The notes below the pieces were generated by a model, which searched no databases, was not told the origin of the DNA, and worked only from the letters and a program-made list of their open reading frames with translations. This document shows positions 40,949 to 50,263 of a DNA stretch of 64,000 bases, in pieces. This stretch comes from Candidatus Omnitrophota bacterium (GTDB taxonomy: Bacteria > Omnitrophota > Gorgyraeia > Zapsychrales > JANLHA01). The translations under genes and the position numbers were made by a program. Each line of letters opens with the position of its first letter. Positions within the stretch are counted from its first letter, which is position 1. The stretch lies in assembly GCA_029560465.1 (NCBI GenBank), contig JAKQKX010000016.1, forward strand, positions 1,248 through 65,247, read 5' to 3'.

Positions 40949-42436
40949 TTAAGCCTCCGGTGTTGAGGTTTTCGGCCCTGTCGGTAAAGTGAAATAAAAG
41001 CAGGTCCCCACGCTCACTGTGCTGGTCACCCATATTTGGCCTCCGTGCGCTTCCACGATTTTCTTTACAAGGGCCAGCCCCAGCCCGGTGCCTTTTACGT
41101 TCTGGTTGATTTCGTTTTCGACGCGGTAGAATTCGGTAAATAGTTTTTTAATGTCCTCTTCTTTGATCCCGATGCCGGTGTCGGCTATGCCGACCGTGAC
41201 TTTTCGGCTGTCATGGGTGACTTTGGCTGTGATCGTGCCGCTGATCGGGGTGAATTTGATGGCGTTATTGATGAGGTTGATAAAAACCCTTTCGATCTGC
41301 CCGGCGTCCATGAAGACGTTCGGCAGGGCGTCATCAAAAGCCGTGGTAAACTGGATGTTTTTATCCCGCAACTGCGGGGTCAGCAGGTCCTGCACGTTGG
41401 CGATGATCGAAGGTATGTCGTGTTCAAGGAATTTCATTTCGACGCGGCCGGATTCGATCCGCGATATGTCAAGCAGGTTGTTGATTAAGCCGACGAGGTT
41501 GTCGGTGTGCTTGTTGATTTTTTCAAGCCGTTCCCGCACTTTGTCCGGGACCGCGCCGACTTTGCCGGTTATGAGGATGGAGGCGTATCCTTTAATAGAC
41601 GTCAGCGGGGTCCGCAGCTCGTGCGAAACCGCGGAGATGAAATCGGACTTGGTTTTGCTGATCCGTTTGACTTCTTCCAGCGCGGAGGTCAATTCTTTGG
41701 TGCGGTCCTGCACCTTGCGTTCAAGCTCCTGGCTGGAGCGGAAGACCTGCTCGAACAGACGCGCGTTGGCCAGGGAATGCCCGATCTGGTCGGCGAGAAT
41801 GGCAATGACTTCTTCATCCCCTTCCGTCATGGTGTAGCTTTCCGATTGGTTGCCGGCCAGGATGATGCCCAGGACGTTTTTCTGGGACAGGATCGGAGTG
41901 GCGATAAATTGCCGCACGGATAAAATGCCGGTGAAAATATCTTTGATATCTTTGGGCGCGCTGAGGGAAGAGATGATTTTGCCTTGTTTAACCGGTTGCA
42001 GGATTTGCGGCTTGCTGTTGAAGGTCTTCCCCAGGGGGGCCACCTCGTTGCGCGGGAACCCGAAGTCGACCCGCACCGTGAATGGGCCGTTATTTTGGAA
42101 CGTCAGGATCAGGAATTTTTCAAATCCTAGCTCAATGAGAAACGGCTGGTTCAGGCGGTGAAAGATTTCATCTTCGATCAGGGTTGTGCTGATCAGCCGG
42201 GAGATTTTATGAAGGGCGTCGAGTCCGTTGAGACGTTTATCCAGGGCTTCTTGGGTTTTATTCAGCTCAAGGTCGGTCTGCAGGATAAGCTTGGCCTGAG
42301 CGTCCAGTTCCTGGAAGGATTTGGAAACTTGCACAAGGGAGGCCTTCAGGTTTTTAACGTTCCGGAAGTAGCGCCCGAAAAAAAGCGCCAGCATCCCGAA
42401 AATAACGAAAAGCAGCAAACCGTAGAAATTGTGCAT
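40949..42436 (-). CDS. Sensor histidine kinase (TM anchor, coiled coil, GAF, HisKA, HATPase)
   Basis: 495 aa. H-box SHELRTPLTSIKGYASIL. G-boxes GTGLGLALVKKIVEAHGGQIWV. N-terminal TM MHNFYGLLLFVIFGMLALFF. Confidence 0.85.
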   Translation of the reverse strand: MHNFYGLLLFVIFGMLALFFGRYFRNVKNLKASLVQVSKSFQELDAQAKLILQTDLELNKTQEALDKRLNGLDALHKISRLISTTLIEDEIFHRLNQPFLIELGFEKFLILTFQNNGPFTVRVDFGFPRNEVAPLGKTFNSKPQILQPVKQGKIISSLSAPKDIKDIFTGILSVRQFIATPILSQKNVLGIILAGNQSESYTMTEGDEEVIAILADQIGHSLANARLFEQVFRSSQELERKVQDRTKELTSALEEVKRISKTKSDFISAVSHELRTPLTSIKGYASILITGKVGAVPDKVRERLEKINKHTDNLVGLINNLLDISRIESGRVEMKFLEHDIPSIIANVQDLLTPQLRDKNIQFTTAFDDALPNVFMDAGQIERVFINLINNAIKFTPISGTITAKVTHDSRKVTVGIADTGIGIKEEDIKKLFTEFYRVENEINQNVKGTGLGLALVKKIVEAHGGQIWVTSTVSVGTCFYFTLPTGPKTSTPEA

Positions 42437-42475
42437 AGTTCGTGTTCTCCTGCGCGGTCCGGCCGCGGGCGTCTT

Positions 42476-43663
42476 TTACAGAACTCCGACGATAATAACG
42501 TTGCCGTTCTGGACGAGCCAGGGGTCGGTTGATGGATCTTGGCTGAAACGGAAAAACTGATTGAGGCAGAACGTGCCAATCATGGGAACTCCGTCGCCAA
42601 AGATGTTCTTGATCGTGCTTATCTCTTCCGCGGCGCCCCGGCCCATCAGTTTACAGCGGGTGATTGACTCGAAGATCAGGACAAAGCTGGGCTTTTTCAA
42701 GGTGAGCTGCGCGCGGACATCCTTGGCCGCCTCTGCCGCCGCTTCTAAGTGCGAAGCCTGGTTCCCGATCATGATGTTCACCTCTGCGCCTTTGGGAACT
42801 TTATCTTGACAGATTAAGGCCCCTCCGTCAAGAACGCCCAGAACATTTCTTAGGATATATTGCTGGCTTCCCGGCAGCCGCACGCCTAAAGGGTAACGGA
42901 AACTCAACGGGCTGGAAGGTCCTTTTTTCAGGGTTTCCGCTTCCGTGCCAAAATACTGTTCGTAGAGGGCGCTGGCTTTGCGCCCGTTGATGGACAGGAT
43001 GAGGGGGCCGTCAACCTTATCCACGGTGCGGGGTTTCCCTATCGGCTTGAATCCGTGCTGGATGGAAATCCCGACCTGCATGCGTCCCCCCAGGACAAGA
43101 GACGTCGCTCCTTCCGACATGGCGGTGTCTTTGTAGTATTGAAACGTTTGTTGAAAGCGGAAGTCATCGCTGCTGCCGATCATAATCATGGGGAGATTAT
43201 ACATGAGTTCCTGTTTGATTCCGTCTATCAGGTCAGACAGCCCGTCCAGCAGGCCGTCGGCGATACAAAAAAAAAGCTGGCGCTGTTTTTGCCCGAACTC
43301 GGAAAGGGTGGACTTTACGAGTTCCCGCCCGGCTTCGGTTTTATCCTTGAGTTTCAGGTAGGGCACGCAGCCGGATTCAAAACGGATCTGGTCTGAAATT
43401 ATGGCCATCACGGCCACGCCCCGGTTGGCCACCTGGCTGGGCAGAATAATGGATGGCGTTGACGCGCCGATGATCCGCGTGCGGTTCATGATGTCGTAAA
43501 TGACAGGGATCACCTCGGCCGGGGCGTAATGGATGGTGCTGAACACAATCGCCAGGTCGACCCGGGTTGACTGTAAATATTTTTTAGCCTGTTCCGCCGC
43601 TTCTTGGGCGGCCAGACGGGTGTTGTAATTTTGGCTAAAGCCGATTCCCACGCGGGTGGCCAC
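42476..43663 (-). CDS. FIST-domain sensor protein (FIST_N + FIST_C)
   Basis: 395 aa. The N-terminus MATRVGIGFSQNYNTRLAAQEAAEQAKKYLQ...DLAIVFSTIHY is typical of FIST proteins. First gene of the minus-strand FIST-HK-RR operon. Confidence 0.6.
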   Translation of the reverse strand: MATRVGIGFSQNYNTRLAAQEAAEQAKKYLQSTRVDLAIVFSTIHYAPAEVIPVIYDIMNRTRIIGASTPSIILPSQVANRGVAVMAIISDQIRFESGCVPYLKLKDKTEAGRELVKSTLSEFGQKQRQLFFCIADGLLDGLSDLIDGIKQELMYNLPMIMIGSSDDFRFQQTFQYYKDTAMSEGATSLVLGGRMQVGISIQHGFKPIGKPRTVDKVDGPLILSINGRKASALYEQYFGTEAETLKKGPSSPLSFRYPLGVRLPGSQQYILRNVLGVLDGGALICQDKVPKGAEVNIMIGNQASHLEAAAEAAKDVRAQLTLKKPSFVLIFESITRCKLMGRGAAEEISTIKNIFGDGVPMIGTFCLNQFFRFSQDPSTDPWLVQNGNVIIVGVL

Positions 43664-43689
43664 AAGAACGCTCCTTTGTGTGCTGTTGC

Positions 43690-43703
43690 GTTATAACTAT
43701 AAC
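43690..43703. promoter_or_regulatory. Perfect palindrome GTTATA-AC-TATAAC immediately upstream of the FIST gene start (minus-strand operon)
   Basis: Read directly. Lies ~30 nt upstream of the FIST start codon on the - strand. Candidate operator. Confidence 0.3.
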
Positions 43704-43845
43704 ATACCAAACATGTTCCTGCATAAGAAAATGGAATAAATTGAAGGTAAAATAATTTTTATTGACCGCTTAATGGATTATGGTAATATTGAAAGTTAAC
43801 AGCCCGGCGTTTTTCGAGGGAGGATGTCCGGGTTGACAGGTTTTC

Positions 43846-43919
43846 GGCCCCATCGTCTAGCCTGGTTAGGACGAATGGTTCTCAGCCATTAAACACCGGT
43901 TCAAATCCGGTTGGGGCTA
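43846..43919 (+). tRNA. tRNA-Glu (anticodon CUC), 74 nt, no encoded CCA
   Basis: GGCCCCA acceptor paired with TGGGGCT. D-arm TCGTCTAGCCTGGTTAGGAC, typical of tRNA-Glu. Anticodon stem AATGG/CCATT with loop TTCTCAG. T-arm ACCGG-TTCAAAT-CCGGT. Discriminator A. Confidence 0.8.
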
Positions 43920-43926
43920 TATGTAA

Positions 43927-43960
43927 CCCCCTGCGATTTAATAATTGCAGGGGGTTTTTG
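43927..43960 (+). terminator. Rho-independent terminator of tRNA-Glu
   Basis: ccccctgc-gatttaataatt-gcaggggg followed by ttttt. Confidence 0.75.
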
Positions 43961-44122
43961 TTTGGGGTAGAATGGGAATGATTTTATAGAAGAGCAGTTT
44001 TTTTCTTGGGAAGTTTTGCCATTTTTCTATTTTTAAGTGGCACAATTTCTGGGGTGCAGGTCAGGCGGGTCAATTTGCAAAAACTTAAAGGGGTCGGGAG
44101 ATCCAATAAAAGGGATTTAAAA

Positions 44123-46306
44123 ATGCGAAAATCAATTCCAAAATATCTGTATCGTCTTATCGTAACTGTAGTTGTGGGAATCTTTTTTGCCACTCAAGTC
44201 TCAACTTCAGCGGGTTATGCCCAGATTCCCTCACCCTCAAATTCCAAAGCTTTGCAAAACCTGCCGCCCGCAGGTTCGCAAGTGGGTTTAAGCCAGAAGT
44301 TTTTCCCGGCCAACTTGCGTGGCCTCAAGACTTATCCTGGAAATCCGCTGCAGTTTGATTTTGTTATTGATACCGGTGATGACAACCTCTCCGGCCCGGT
44401 TTTTGAGGAGGAAGCGAAGAAATTGATTAAGTATTTTCTCGCCGTTTTAACTGTTCCCGAAGACGAATTGTGGGTGAACCTTTCGCCGTATGAAAAAGAC
44501 CGCATTATCCCGGAAGGCCTGAGCGTAACGGAACTCGGAGTGGATATGCTAGCCCAAGACTATCTTTTAAAACAGTTCACAGCTTCGTTGACCTATCCGG
44601 AAGAAAAATTGGGCGCGGAATTTTGGCAGAGAATATACGCGAAGGCCAAGGAAGAGTACGGTACGGATAACATCCCGCTCAATACGTTCAACAAGGTTTG
44701 GATCGTGCCGGACAAGGCAGGGGTTTATGAATACAAAGACAGTGTTTTTGTCATCGAACGGCATTTTAAAGTCATGCTGGAGAATGATTACCTGGCGCTG
44801 AAGGAGAATCTGGGGAGGAAAGACGCGGGGGCCGATGAGCAATCAAAAATAGTAGCAAATCAGGTGAATAATATGTCGGGAAAGATTGTCAAAGAGATTA
44901 TTCTGCCGGCGATCGAACAGGAAGTCAATGAGGGCAAGAATTTCGCGCAGTTGCGGCAGATTTATAACGCAATGATTTTAGCGACCTGGTACAAGAAAAG
45001 GTTAAATGCGGGTTTCCTGGGGCAGGTGTATGTGAATAAGAATAAGATCAAAGGCGTTGATACGGATGACCATGCCGCCAAAGAGAAGCTTTACGCGCAG
45101 TACCTGGAGGCGTTTAAAAAAGGCGTTTACAATTATATTAAGGAAGACCATGACGCGGCCAGCCAAAAAGCCATTCCGCGAAAATATTTTTCCGGCGGGC
45201 TAGGTGCTGGAGTGGTGACAACAGAGAAGCTGCGGATTCTCCGCGGCGACCCGGCTCGTTTACCCAAATCGGTATCATCCGCCGTGATGCTGCCGGAATC
45301 AAAGCAGGGGAAGGACCACAAGGTGACGATTCAGTTAATAGAAAGCGCGACAAACGGAAGGCAGGGGTCTCCGGTGTCGTTACCATCACTACAGCTAGCC
45401 GGCACAGTGGACAGAAAAGGGATTTTTTCTCCGGAAGAGGCGGCTCGGGCCGGCTTTCTTCCCGAGGATGATTATAGTGCCCTGGTCAGTTCCCCTATAT
45501 TCGTCTCCGGTGGAAAGTTTGTCAAAAGCGCACTGATCCTTTGCACAGGACTTGTTACCGCGTACTATTCTTATTTAAATGAAATTGAGATAGTCCAGCG
45601 TATAGCGGGAATTTTACTCGCCGGGGGCGGTCTTTTGGGGGTTCTGAGCGCCATTAAGGACAACGTCTCGATATGGACAAGCCAGTTTTCTTATGAAAGA
45701 GGAATACGGGAAGAATATAGGCAGTTAGTTCATTACAATCTGGATGTCGTTCAGAAATTGCGGGACCGTCTTCCAGTAACGAGGATGGCGACCCTGGAGC
45801 AGGATTTGGCATTGTTGAGAGATGCGATCGCATTTAGAAATCAGGGATATGATTTCGCAGTGCTTATCCAGCCGGGGGAGTGGGCAGCAGTTGAGCGATC
45901 AGAGACACGGTGGGAAGACGATCCTGATACTTATAGTTTGGAAGGCGGGCAGCCACAAAAGTTGGTGACGCACACATGGACAGAAGAGGCCTGGGTTGAG
46001 GAAAGGATTATAATCGTTCAAGGAGAACGTCTTTTTGACAGGAGTTCTTCTCCGATTCAGGAGGATGGCCGTTTAACGCAAGCCAATGACAAGAATGTTG
46101 GAGGTATTAATCTTGATGCTGAATTATTGAATTTGCAAATCAAACGCGACGGAGCTGGCGTGCCCTTGCCTTTACCGCAGCAACCGATCCAGAATATGAA
46201 AATAGACGGTTTCCTGCCGTTGATTATCAATATTGAACCGGTTAGTATTCCGCAACTGTTGGGAATTTTGTCGGATAGGAAGAAAAAGGAAGACGTCTTT
46301 TATTAA
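44123..46306 (+). CDS. Secreted/membrane protein paralogous to the N- and C-terminal modules of the giant protein (382-9237) but lacking its enzymatic core
   Basis: Signal peptide MRKSIPKYLYRLIVTVVVGIFFATQVSTSAGYA. Residues ~90-400 align with giant-protein residues ~75-385 (LIKYFLAVLTVPEDELWVNLSPYEKDRIIPE... vs LIKYFLASLTIPEDDLWVNLSPYEKDRVIPK...; NTFNKVWIVPDKAGVY vs NTFNKVWILPDKAVVY). The C-terminal ~55 aa (…DGFLPLIINIEPVSIPQLLGIL) aligns with the giant C-terminus (…DGLLPVIINITPITTTLPIILG). The central region has two hydrophobic helices. Confidence 0.8.
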   Translation: MRKSIPKYLYRLIVTVVVGIFFATQVSTSAGYAQIPSPSNSKALQNLPPAGSQVGLSQKFFPANLRGLKTYPGNPLQFDFVIDTGDDNLSGPVFEEEAKKLIKYFLAVLTVPEDELWVNLSPYEKDRIIPEGLSVTELGVDMLAQDYLLKQFTASLTYPEEKLGAEFWQRIYAKAKEEYGTDNIPLNTFNKVWIVPDKAGVYEYKDSVFVIERHFKVMLENDYLALKENLGRKDAGADEQSKIVANQVNNMSGKIVKEIILPAIEQEVNEGKNFAQLRQIYNAMILATWYKKRLNAGFLGQVYVNKNKIKGVDTDDHAAKEKLYAQYLEAFKKGVYNYIKEDHDAASQKAIPRKYFSGGLGAGVVTTEKLRILRGDPARLPKSVSSAVMLPESKQGKDHKVTIQLIESATNGRQGSPVSLPSLQLAGTVDRKGIFSPEEAARAGFLPEDDYSALVSSPIFVSGGKFVKSALILCTGLVTAYYSYLNEIEIVQRIAGILLAGGGLLGVLSAIKDNVSIWTSQFSYERGIREEYRQLVHYNLDVVQKLRDRLPVTRMATLEQDLALLRDAIAFRNQGYDFAVLIQPGEWAAVERSETRWEDDPDTYSLEGGQPQKLVTHTWTEEAWVEERIIIVQGERLFDRSSSPIQEDGRLTQANDKNVGGINLDAELLNLQIKRDGAGVPLPLPQQPIQNMKIDGFLPLIINIEPVSIPQLLGILSDRKKKEDVFY

Positions 46307-46480
46307 TTTTACCGGAAGCATGATTCAGGATGAATCTGGAAATGTTATCCGCGCAATTTTTATAGACTGTTCGGCGCGCTGATGCAGATATCCGGAGGAG
46401 TTCCAGGGACACAATACTTAATTGAGGAGAAAACTGTAGGTGCCAGGCTCCCAATTGGGATGTCGACAAAGGAGGCCGGC

Positions 46481-47044
46481 ATGAAAAATAAAAACCAAAG
46501 AAATGCTTTGTCGTGCACGCAGGGATTTTTAATCGGATTAATTGCTTTCAGTAATTTTATCCATCAAGAAAAATCCGCCTTTGCCATGGCGATGTGCCCC
46601 TATATAGACATTGAGGCCACCGTTGTTTCTTTGTCATTGGAAAGCCCCGAGGGCTATTATGAGGACGGGAAACTGATCCGGGCTCCGCTTGATTCTGCCG
46701 TTGTGAGAATAGATAAAGTTTATGAAAGAGGCGGAGACGGGCTATTTGACTGGGCTTCTCTCGGGATTGAAGAAGGGAAGGACGTGGAGCTTGAATTTAA
46801 ATATTCAGTAAGGCCCGCTAAAATTGTGACCGTTGTTGGGCGAACGATACACTCCGGCCGAGTTGTTTCTCATGTTGGTGCCCCTGCTGAAAACACGTTT
46901 GAAGACGGTTATTTTGTTTTTAGAGAAGACGGGAGCGCGGAAGCCGAAACAATATTGCCGGGCTTGCAGGCCGGGTCCCGTTTCCGGACGAAATTATGGA
47001 AGACTTTCGAGGTTAAAGTAGGTCAGTATGAGGTGGTGCATTAG
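46481..47044 (+). CDS. Hypothetical secreted protein
   Basis: AGGAGG RBS, then ATG. Signal peptide MKNKNQRNALSCTQGFLIGLIAFSNFIHQEKSAFA. No recognisable motif. Confidence 0.55.
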   Translation: MKNKNQRNALSCTQGFLIGLIAFSNFIHQEKSAFAMAMCPYIDIEATVVSLSLESPEGYYEDGKLIRAPLDSAVVRIDKVYERGGDGLFDWASLGIEEGKDVELEFKYSVRPAKIVTVVGRTIHSGRVVSHVGAPAENTFEDGYFVFREDGSAEAETILPGLQAGSRFRTKLWKTFEVKVGQYEVVH

Positions 47045-47119
47045 TTATCCGGACAACGATCCTTTTGTATTCTACCCTTAGCCGCGGAAATAGATCTCCA
47101 AGACGGAAGACAAAGAAAT

Positions 47120-49819
47120 ATGAGCATGGCGTTGATAAAACATTGCGCTAAAATAAAGTCCGCTGAATCAAGCGCGGCGAAGGCCGGCAGAAACATGGGG
47201 CACGCGATGAATTCGCAGGAAGCCATGCGTAAGGATTATGTGAAGAGTTTGTGGTGCATTATTTTATTGTTTTTTATCATAGGGATTCCCGGACAGGGCT
47301 TGTCTTATTCTAAAGACGAGTCTGTTGTGGCAGCCGTCACGGCGCTGCGCGAGATCACGTCTGTTGACCAGTTGCTTGAGTATTTGGATGATCAAGAATG
47401 GTTTAATCGCTTCGCTGCGATTCAGGTTTTGGGAGAAAGAAAGGATGGCCGCGCGGTTGAGCCTTTACTGGCAATGCTTAAACATGAAAATGACCCTGCC
47501 TTTCGTAAGGAAATCCTTAGCGCTCTTACGGGAATTGGGGGACGGGGGGTGGTTGAGCCTTTACTGACCGTGCTTAAAGACGAACAGGACTCTTCGACCC
47601 GTAAGGACATTTTTGTCGCGCTTGCTGAAATGAATGATCCGCGGGCTATCACCGCTTTCGTAGATGAGCTGGAAAAGGATACGTTTCAATTTTATGATGA
47701 TCCGGAGATATATTTGGTCAGGCTTGTGAACGGGGCGCAGGATTCGGCGATGGTGTTGCCGGCGCTTCATGCCCGTGATGTTGCTGTGCGGCAAGCTGCG
47801 GCCGCGGCCTTGGACAAACTCGGATGGAGGCCCTCGAACAAAGAGCAAGAGGTTTTATATTCCGCGGCGAAGCGGGAATGGGAAAAATGTGTTCTGCTCG
47901 GTAGCTTTTCCGTTGACGTTTTGGCGGAATTGCTGAATGACGCGTATTGGTCGGAGCATGCTTCCGAGATCGGGTTGGCTCTCGGGAGGATAAACGATAC
48001 CAGGGCCTTTGCGGTGTTGGAAAGGGCTTTGCAGTCAGATATGTGGTATCTTCGTGAAACAACAGCCGAAGTTCTGGGGGATCTCGGGGACCCTCGCGGC
48101 GTTGAGCCTTTGATCCGCGCCGTTTCTGATCATGATGAGAGAGTGAGCAGCAAGGCGGTCGAGGCCTTGGGAAAGATGAAAGCTTCGCAGGCACAGCCCG
48201 CCCTGGTCGCTGCGTTGATGCATGAGGACAGCCGCGTCCGAAAAGCCGCGGCTGCGGCTCTGGAGGCGATGGCCTGGAACCCTTCTACCCCGCAGGAGAA
48301 AGCGGCTTATTACACCGTGAAGCAGGACACGGAGGCGTGTGTGGCGCTCGGGCAGGCTGCTGTCGCGCCTCTGCTGGTTTCCGCTTCGGATTCTTTTGAT
48401 TTTGAGGGGCGTGATTTTGCGGTTGCCGCGTTAGCGGAAATCGGACCTCCTGCTGTTGAGCCGCTGCTTGCTGAGTTTGCCTCGCGTGCGGAATTTTCCT
48501 CCGCAGCAGGTAACACCGGGGCCGACGAGGCCAGGTTTTATGAATTTCAGCAGGCGAATATCCGCAGGCGCCAAGCCATTGTCAGGGCGTTGGGGGAGAT
48601 CAAGGACCTGCGGGCAATAGAGCCCCTGATCAGGTCATTGGCGGACGCAGAGATCAGGAACACGGTTATTGAAGCCTTGGGGAAGGTGGGGTCTTCGGAC
48701 GCGAATACGATGCTTATTGGTTTGCTTAAGGATGATGAGCCGCAGATACGGAAAGTGACGGCTGACGCTTTGGGCCAGATCGGGTGGATGCCGGCAACGG
48801 AGGCCGAAAAAGTCGCTTATTATATTGCGGGTCAGGATTGGGAGGCCTGTGAAAAACTGGGGCCGGCGGCTGTCGAACCGTTGATCGCCCTTGTGTTGGC
48901 CGGGCAGGAAGTCAATTTTGATGCCGATCCGGTTGTCAGCGTGCTGGGCAGGATCAAAGACCCTCGGGCGATCAGGCCCCTGGTATGGGCGTTAAGCCTG
49001 TATCATTTTTTCAGCGATTACGGGGTGCGTGATGAGAATAAACTCATAGAAGCGATTGCCGGTTTCGGCCCGGCGGCCGTAGGGCCTTTGATGGAAGCCA
49101 TGGATAAACGTCCGGTCATTTTAAGCGTTAGTGACCTGCCCGTGGATAGCAGGGAACGCGTTATGGATATTTTACTGAAAAACAATTGGGCGGTACGACT
49201 GAGATTATGGCAGTTTTTGCTGACCGTTGATCCTGCAAGCGTCGAGGACCGGATGGCTGAGGCGTTGGGCGAGGATTTTGAGAGATTGAAAAAATTTTTT
49301 ATCCCGTCAGACGCAGAACCGAACCGCCAACTGATCGCCCGGGCCATCGCCGTGATCGGCGATGCGCGCGCTATCCCTGTTCTGGCCGCGCATCTGCAGG
49401 ACTGGGAAGCCCGTTATGAGATCGCAGGTGCTTTGCGGCAGTTGCAGTGGCAGCCGACGACCGAAAAAGAAAGAATTTATTTTCTGCTCAGCGGAGGAAG
49501 CGATGACGGCATTAACGCGCAATGGGGCGCCGTGGAAAAAGTATTGATGGATGACCTTGATAATGGAGACGAGCGCGCGGTCCGTTTTGCCTTGTACACA
49601 TTCATTTATCTGGGCCGGGAGGAGTACGTCCCGAAACTTATCGAGGTCCTATGGGAACGAGATTCCAGCAAGCTGGCCGAGGCCTATTTGAATTGCGGGC
49701 ATGATAAATTGGCAGAGGCCGCCAGTAAGTGGGCATTGGCCAACGGGTATATGGTGACTTCCCATAACGCCACGCCCAACGATGGTTCCTACCATCCCGT
49801 CAGTTGGGATTCTAAATGA
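47120..49819 (+). CDS. HEAT-repeat (PBS-lyase type) protein, ~899 aa, N-terminal membrane/signal anchor
   Basis: At least 12 repeats of the pattern RA(V/I)EPL(I/L)..L.D.....R..A..ALG.IGD.RA (e.g. DGRAVEPLLAMLKHENDPAFRKEILSALTGIGGRGVVEPLLTVLKDEQDSSTRKDIFVALAEMNDPRAI). Hydrophobic segment LWCIILLFFIIGIPG near the N-terminus. The true start may be at an internal Met. Confidence 0.75.
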   Translation: MSMALIKHCAKIKSAESSAAKAGRNMGHAMNSQEAMRKDYVKSLWCIILLFFIIGIPGQGLSYSKDESVVAAVTALREITSVDQLLEYLDDQEWFNRFAAIQVLGERKDGRAVEPLLAMLKHENDPAFRKEILSALTGIGGRGVVEPLLTVLKDEQDSSTRKDIFVALAEMNDPRAITAFVDELEKDTFQFYDDPEIYLVRLVNGAQDSAMVLPALHARDVAVRQAAAAALDKLGWRPSNKEQEVLYSAAKREWEKCVLLGSFSVDVLAELLNDAYWSEHASEIGLALGRINDTRAFAVLERALQSDMWYLRETTAEVLGDLGDPRGVEPLIRAVSDHDERVSSKAVEALGKMKASQAQPALVAALMHEDSRVRKAAAAALEAMAWNPSTPQEKAAYYTVKQDTEACVALGQAAVAPLLVSASDSFDFEGRDFAVAALAEIGPPAVEPLLAEFASRAEFSSAAGNTGADEARFYEFQQANIRRRQAIVRALGEIKDLRAIEPLIRSLADAEIRNTVIEALGKVGSSDANTMLIGLLKDDEPQIRKVTADALGQIGWMPATEAEKVAYYIAGQDWEACEKLGPAAVEPLIALVLAGQEVNFDADPVVSVLGRIKDPRAIRPLVWALSLYHFFSDYGVRDENKLIEAIAGFGPAAVGPLMEAMDKRPVILSVSDLPVDSRERVMDILLKNNWAVRLRLWQFLLTVDPASVEDRMAEALGEDFERLKKFFIPSDAEPNRQLIARAIAVIGDARAIPVLAAHLQDWEARYEIAGALRQLQWQPTTEKERIYFLLSGGSDDGINAQWGAVEKVLMDDLDNGDERAVRFALYTFIYLGREEYVPKLIEVLWERDSSKLAEAYLNCGHDKLAEAASKWALANGYMVTSHNATPNDGSYHPVSWDSK

Positions 49820-49855
49820 TTAATTGTATAGAAGAAGTGGTTGGAGCGAAGCGGA

Positions 49856-49917
49856 AACCATTCAAATCCGGCTTAGGCTATATTTGCCATCTGCGATTGA
49901 TAAATGGCCGGGGGCTT
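49856..49917 (+). repeat. Degenerate direct repeat of the 3' end of tRNA-Glu plus its terminator (partial tRNA remnant; putative att-site scar)
   Basis: ACCATTCAAATCCGGCTTAGGCTATATTTGCCATCTGCGATTGATAAATGGCCGGGGGCTTT versus tRNA-Glu 3' half plus terminator ACCGGTTCAAATCCGGTTGGGGCTATATGTAACCCCCTGCGATTTAATAATTGCAGGGGGTTTT. Identical blocks are TTCAAATCCGG, GGCTATAT and CTGCGATT. No 5' acceptor strand, D-arm or anticodon arm. Confidence 0.55.
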
Positions 49918-50263
49918 TAGTGTAAAATAAGCCTGATCCTTGTAATGTTTTTCCTGAAAATACTCGAGTGTCTTTTATCTGACACTTGTTTGATGCAGTT
50001 TTCAGGGAGCAGGCCAGCTTGCCGGCGCACATCGGCATGTTTTATGGGACTGCGCATCAACATTTTAAGGCCCTGATCGGGTTTTTTTATCCATAATTTG
50101 GACGCAAGTGTTTCCGGTTATCTTTTTTATGGAAAATCCGGTAGAATCATCAAGAAATAATTGATTTTACTGTTTGTGTATGATTAAATATTTATACTTT
50201 AATAATAGCTTTTCCTCGTTGTGCGAAGCTTGAGAGTCTAATATCGGAAATTATGCAAGCCGA

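Noticed and set aside
49840-49917. Possible second tRNA gene
   Set aside because: Only the T-arm/3'-acceptor-like portion and a terminator-like tail are present. There is no 5' acceptor strand, D-arm or anticodon arm. It is kept as a degenerate repeat or att scar rather than a gene.
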